Below are positions 61,532 to 64,000 of a stretch of DNA of 64,000 nucleotides, one piece after another. The notes under the pieces are model-generated. The model saw nothing but the letters and a program-made list of their open reading frames with translations. It had not been told where the DNA came from and made no database searches. The position numbers and the translations under genes were made by a program. The stretch comes from Myxococcota bacterium (GTDB lineage: Bacteria > Myxococcota_A > UBA9160 > UBA6930). How positions within the stretch are numbered: position 1 is the stretch's first letter; each line of letters begins with the position of its first letter. The stretch covers positions 3,488,001 to 3,552,000 of the forward strand of contig OZ245002.1 of the NCBI GenBank assembly GCA_965223415.1. Reading direction: 5' to 3'.

Positions 61532-63055
61532 ATGAGAAAAGCCCTCTTCGTGCTGGCGTTCTTCGGGCTGGTGGCGTCCGCGCTGTCCGTGTGGGTGGCC
61601 CTGCGCGTGGAGGCCCGGCACCACGAGCTGGTGGCCGAGCTCGAAGGCCATCCCCACGTTCGCGTGCTCGAGAGCCGCTTCGAACGCGGCTTCGTGCGAT
61701 CACGGGCCGAGACCAGCATCGAGCTTCGCGGCCCGGTGGGCATGCTGTTCCAGGCGCCGCTCACCTGGGCGGGCCGCGAGAACGTCCGCCCGCGGGTCGG
61801 CTTGCGCTTGGAGCAGGAGATCGACCACGGGCCCACGAGCCTCTGGACGTGGCTGCAGAGCGGGGCTCGCGGCACGCCGCCGGTGGCCCACGTGCGCGCC
61901 CGCGTCGCCCTCGATCAGGAAGCCTTCGCCGAGATGGCCGCGGCCTTCGGCAAGTTCGCACCGGCGAGTCTGACCCTGCAGGTGGCTGCCGACGGACGCG
62001 TCGCCGGGCACGTCGCCCTCCCGGCGACGGCGCTCCAGCCGCGGGACGTCGACCCCGGGAAGTCGCCGCCGTGGGTCGGACGGCTGGGTGCGGTGCACGC
62101 GGATCTCCGGCTCGCGCCGGGCAGCGACATGCTGCAGGTGAGCCTGCGCGGCGGCGGGCTCCGGCTCGGTGGCGAGGCTCTGGCCCTGGATCTCGGCAGC
62201 TGGACCGGCAGCATCGAGCTGCCGATCGGCGATTCGCTTCGCGCCAGCCGCGGGGAGCACGTCGTGGAGCACCTGACCATCGGCTGGCCCGGGGCCGAGG
62301 GGGCGGACCCGACCGAGATCGAGCTCGCCGGCATCGCCTGGACCCGCGACGGCCGGCCCGAGCAGCTCCTCCTGGCGGCCGGGGTCGACCAGGCACGCTG
62401 GAACGAGCTCGAGGCCCGGGACCTGCGCATGGAGCTCCAGGCCGAGCGCGACCCGGACACGGCGGACCCCGCCACGCTGCCGCCTCACCTTCCCGGGGTG
62501 CTCGGACTGCGGCCGCAGCTCGAGCTCACCGCGCTCGGCGGCCAGACGCCCCACGGCCCCTTCCATGTCAGCGGTCGGCTGGACTTCGCGCCCCCCGGCG
62601 GCGGCGACATCCACGGGGATCTCGAGCTGCGCCTGCCCGGCGCGTGGGCCGAGCAGCTCGTGGACGAAGACGAGGCGCTGCTCAGCACCTGGATCGACGA
62701 GGGCGAGCTGCGCCCGGACGACGACGGCGGCTTCCGCACCCATCTGCGGCTCGGCGCGGCCGGTAGTGTCGCCGAGCGGCTGATCGCGCTGCTGCCGGCG
62801 CCGCCGGTCGGCGCGCCGGAGCCGGAAGAGGCGGAGCCGGGCGAAGGCGAGACGGAGCTGGCCGAGGATCCGTCGGCCGAGGAAGGCGACGCCGCGAGCG
62901 TTCCGGCGGCGACCGCCGACGAGGGCGAAACGGCGACCGGGGCGAGCTCCGGGGAGGCGCTCGCCGAGGCGGACGCCGGCGAGACGCGCTCGGAGCCGGC
63001 GCTCCCCGACGCCGCCACGCCGCCCGTCGCGCCCCCCGCTGCCGCGGCACCCTGA
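61532..63055 (+). CDS. YdgA/DUF945-like membrane-anchored protein with an acidic tail
   Basis: N-terminal TM helix; FERGFVRSRAET and IDHGP motifs. Confidence 0.6.
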   Translation: MRKALFVLAFFGLVASALSVWVALRVEARHHELVAELEGHPHVRVLESRFERGFVRSRAETSIELRGPVGMLFQAPLTWAGRENVRPRVGLRLEQEIDHGPTSLWTWLQSGARGTPPVAHVRARVALDQEAFAEMAAAFGKFAPASLTLQVAADGRVAGHVALPATALQPRDVDPGKSPPWVGRLGAVHADLRLAPGSDMLQVSLRGGGLRLGGEALALDLGSWTGSIELPIGDSLRASRGEHVVEHLTIGWPGAEGADPTEIELAGIAWTRDGRPEQLLLAAGVDQARWNELEARDLRMELQAERDPDTADPATLPPHLPGVLGLRPQLELTALGGQTPHGPFHVSGRLDFAPPGGGDIHGDLELRLPGAWAEQLVDEDEALLSTWIDEGELRPDDDGGFRTHLRLGAAGSVAERLIALLPAPPVGAPEPEEAEPGEGETELAEDPSAEEGDAASVPAATADEGETATGASSGEALAEADAGETRSEPALPDAATPPVAPPAAAAP

Positions 63056-63103
63056 ACCCGGGCCACCGGGAGCCCCCGAACCCGGGCCGCCGGGCGGCGA
63101 AGC

Positions 63104-64000
63104 TCAGGGGCGGAGGCTGTAGTGGCGCGGCCCCCGCAGCGCTTCGAGCTGCGGACCGCACAGCTCGATCCACTGGCAGAGCGCCGGCCGCGTCTCGCGG
63201 GGGTCGAGCAGGTCGTGGACGCCGAAGCTCTCGGCGCGGGGGAACGGGTTGCGCCGCGCGGCGAAGCGCTCCTCGAGCTCCGCGCGGCGGGCGTCCGGAT
63301 CCGGGGCGGACTCGATCTCCCGCCGGAAGGCCACGGCCACGCCCCCCTCGATCGGCAGCGCGCCGCTCTCGGCAGAGGGCCAGGCGAAGACCGTGCCCTC
63401 CGGGCCAAAGTGGGCCGCCGCGGCCACGCCGTAGGCCTTGCGCACGATCACCGACGCCATCGGCACCGAGGATTGCTGCACGGCGAAGAGCGCCGCGGCG
63501 CCGTGGCGGATCGTGCCGGCCTTCTCCGCGGCCGAGCCGATCATGAAGCCGGGCTCGTCGACGAAGGCCACGATCGGCAGGTGGAAGGTGTCGCAGAAGT
63601 CGACGAAGCGGCGGACCTTCTGGGCCGCGTCCGCGGTCATGGCGCCGGCGTAGAAGCGGCTGTCGTTGGCCCACACGCCCGTGGGCCGGCCGGCGAGCCG
63701 GGCCAGGCCGGTCACCTGGGAGCGGCCGAAGCCCGGCGTCATCTCGAAGAAGCTGCCCCGATCGACCACGTGGCCCACGAGCTTGCGGGCGTCGTAGACC
63801 CGGCGTCGCTCGCGGGGGATGATCTCCGCCAGGGCGTCCTCGCAGCGGCCCGGGTCGTCGTCGCAGGGAGCCCGGGGCGGGAGCTCCCAGACGTTGGTGG
63901 GCAGATAGGAGAGGAAGCGACGCATGGCCTGCATCGCCTCCTCCTCGTCCTCGACCACGTTGTCGACGACGCCGCTGCGGGCGTGCAGCTTGGCGCCGCC
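63104..64000 (-). CDS. Acyl-CoA carboxylase carboxyltransferase subunit (5'-truncated by the window)
   Basis: GLARLAG, FVDEPGFMIG and VRKAYGVA motifs; frame is open to the window end. Confidence 0.85.
   Translation of the reverse strand, partial: GGAKLHARSGVVDNVVEDEEEAMQAMRRFLSYLPTNVWELPPRAPCDDDPGRCEDALAEIIPRERRRVYDARKLVGHVVDRGSFFEMTPGFGRSQVTGLARLAGRPTGVWANDSRFYAGAMTADAAQKVRRFVDFCDTFHLPIVAFVDEPGFMIGSAAEKAGTIRHGAAALFAVQQSSVPMASVIVRKAYGVAAAAHFGPEGTVFAWPSAESGALPIEGGVAVAFRREIESAPDPDARRAELEERFAARRNPFPRAESFGVHDLLDPRETRPALCQWIELCGPQLEALRGPRHYSLRP

Overview
High-GC window from a Gram-negative bacterium. The gene content (Mla, PilT/GspE, F420-type oxidoreductases, AddAB-like repair) suggests a Myxococcota/deltaproteobacterial lineage, but this is inference only. 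Positions ~0.3-21.7 kb hold an aryl-polyene-like type II PKS cluster with unusual add-ons: an extra ACP/acyltransferase/FAD-oxidoreductase/ligase module, a MIO ammonia-lyase and a flavin-dependent halogenase. A 2.9-kb segment bounded by 20-bp direct repeats interrupts the cluster and encodes two choice-of-anchor-Q-type proteins sharing a C-terminal CG[LI]GxEL-hydrophobic-basic tail. The rest is mostly housekeeping: recQ, fbp, two pilT paralogs, DAHP synthase, mlaEDAC, an nhaP-type antiporter, gspE, an AAA ATPase and addAB-like genes. It also holds a RAYT-like HUH transposase inside 31-bp inverted repeats, two long REPIN-like hairpins, and a decayed sigma54-driven amtB-glnK operon. The most intriguing locus is a PafA/Dop-like ligase with a hydrophobic insertion and no visible Pup or proteasome gene. 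It is flanked by a rhomboid protease and an overlapping gamma-glutamyl hydrolase. All calls come from reading motifs by eye; no database searches were run.
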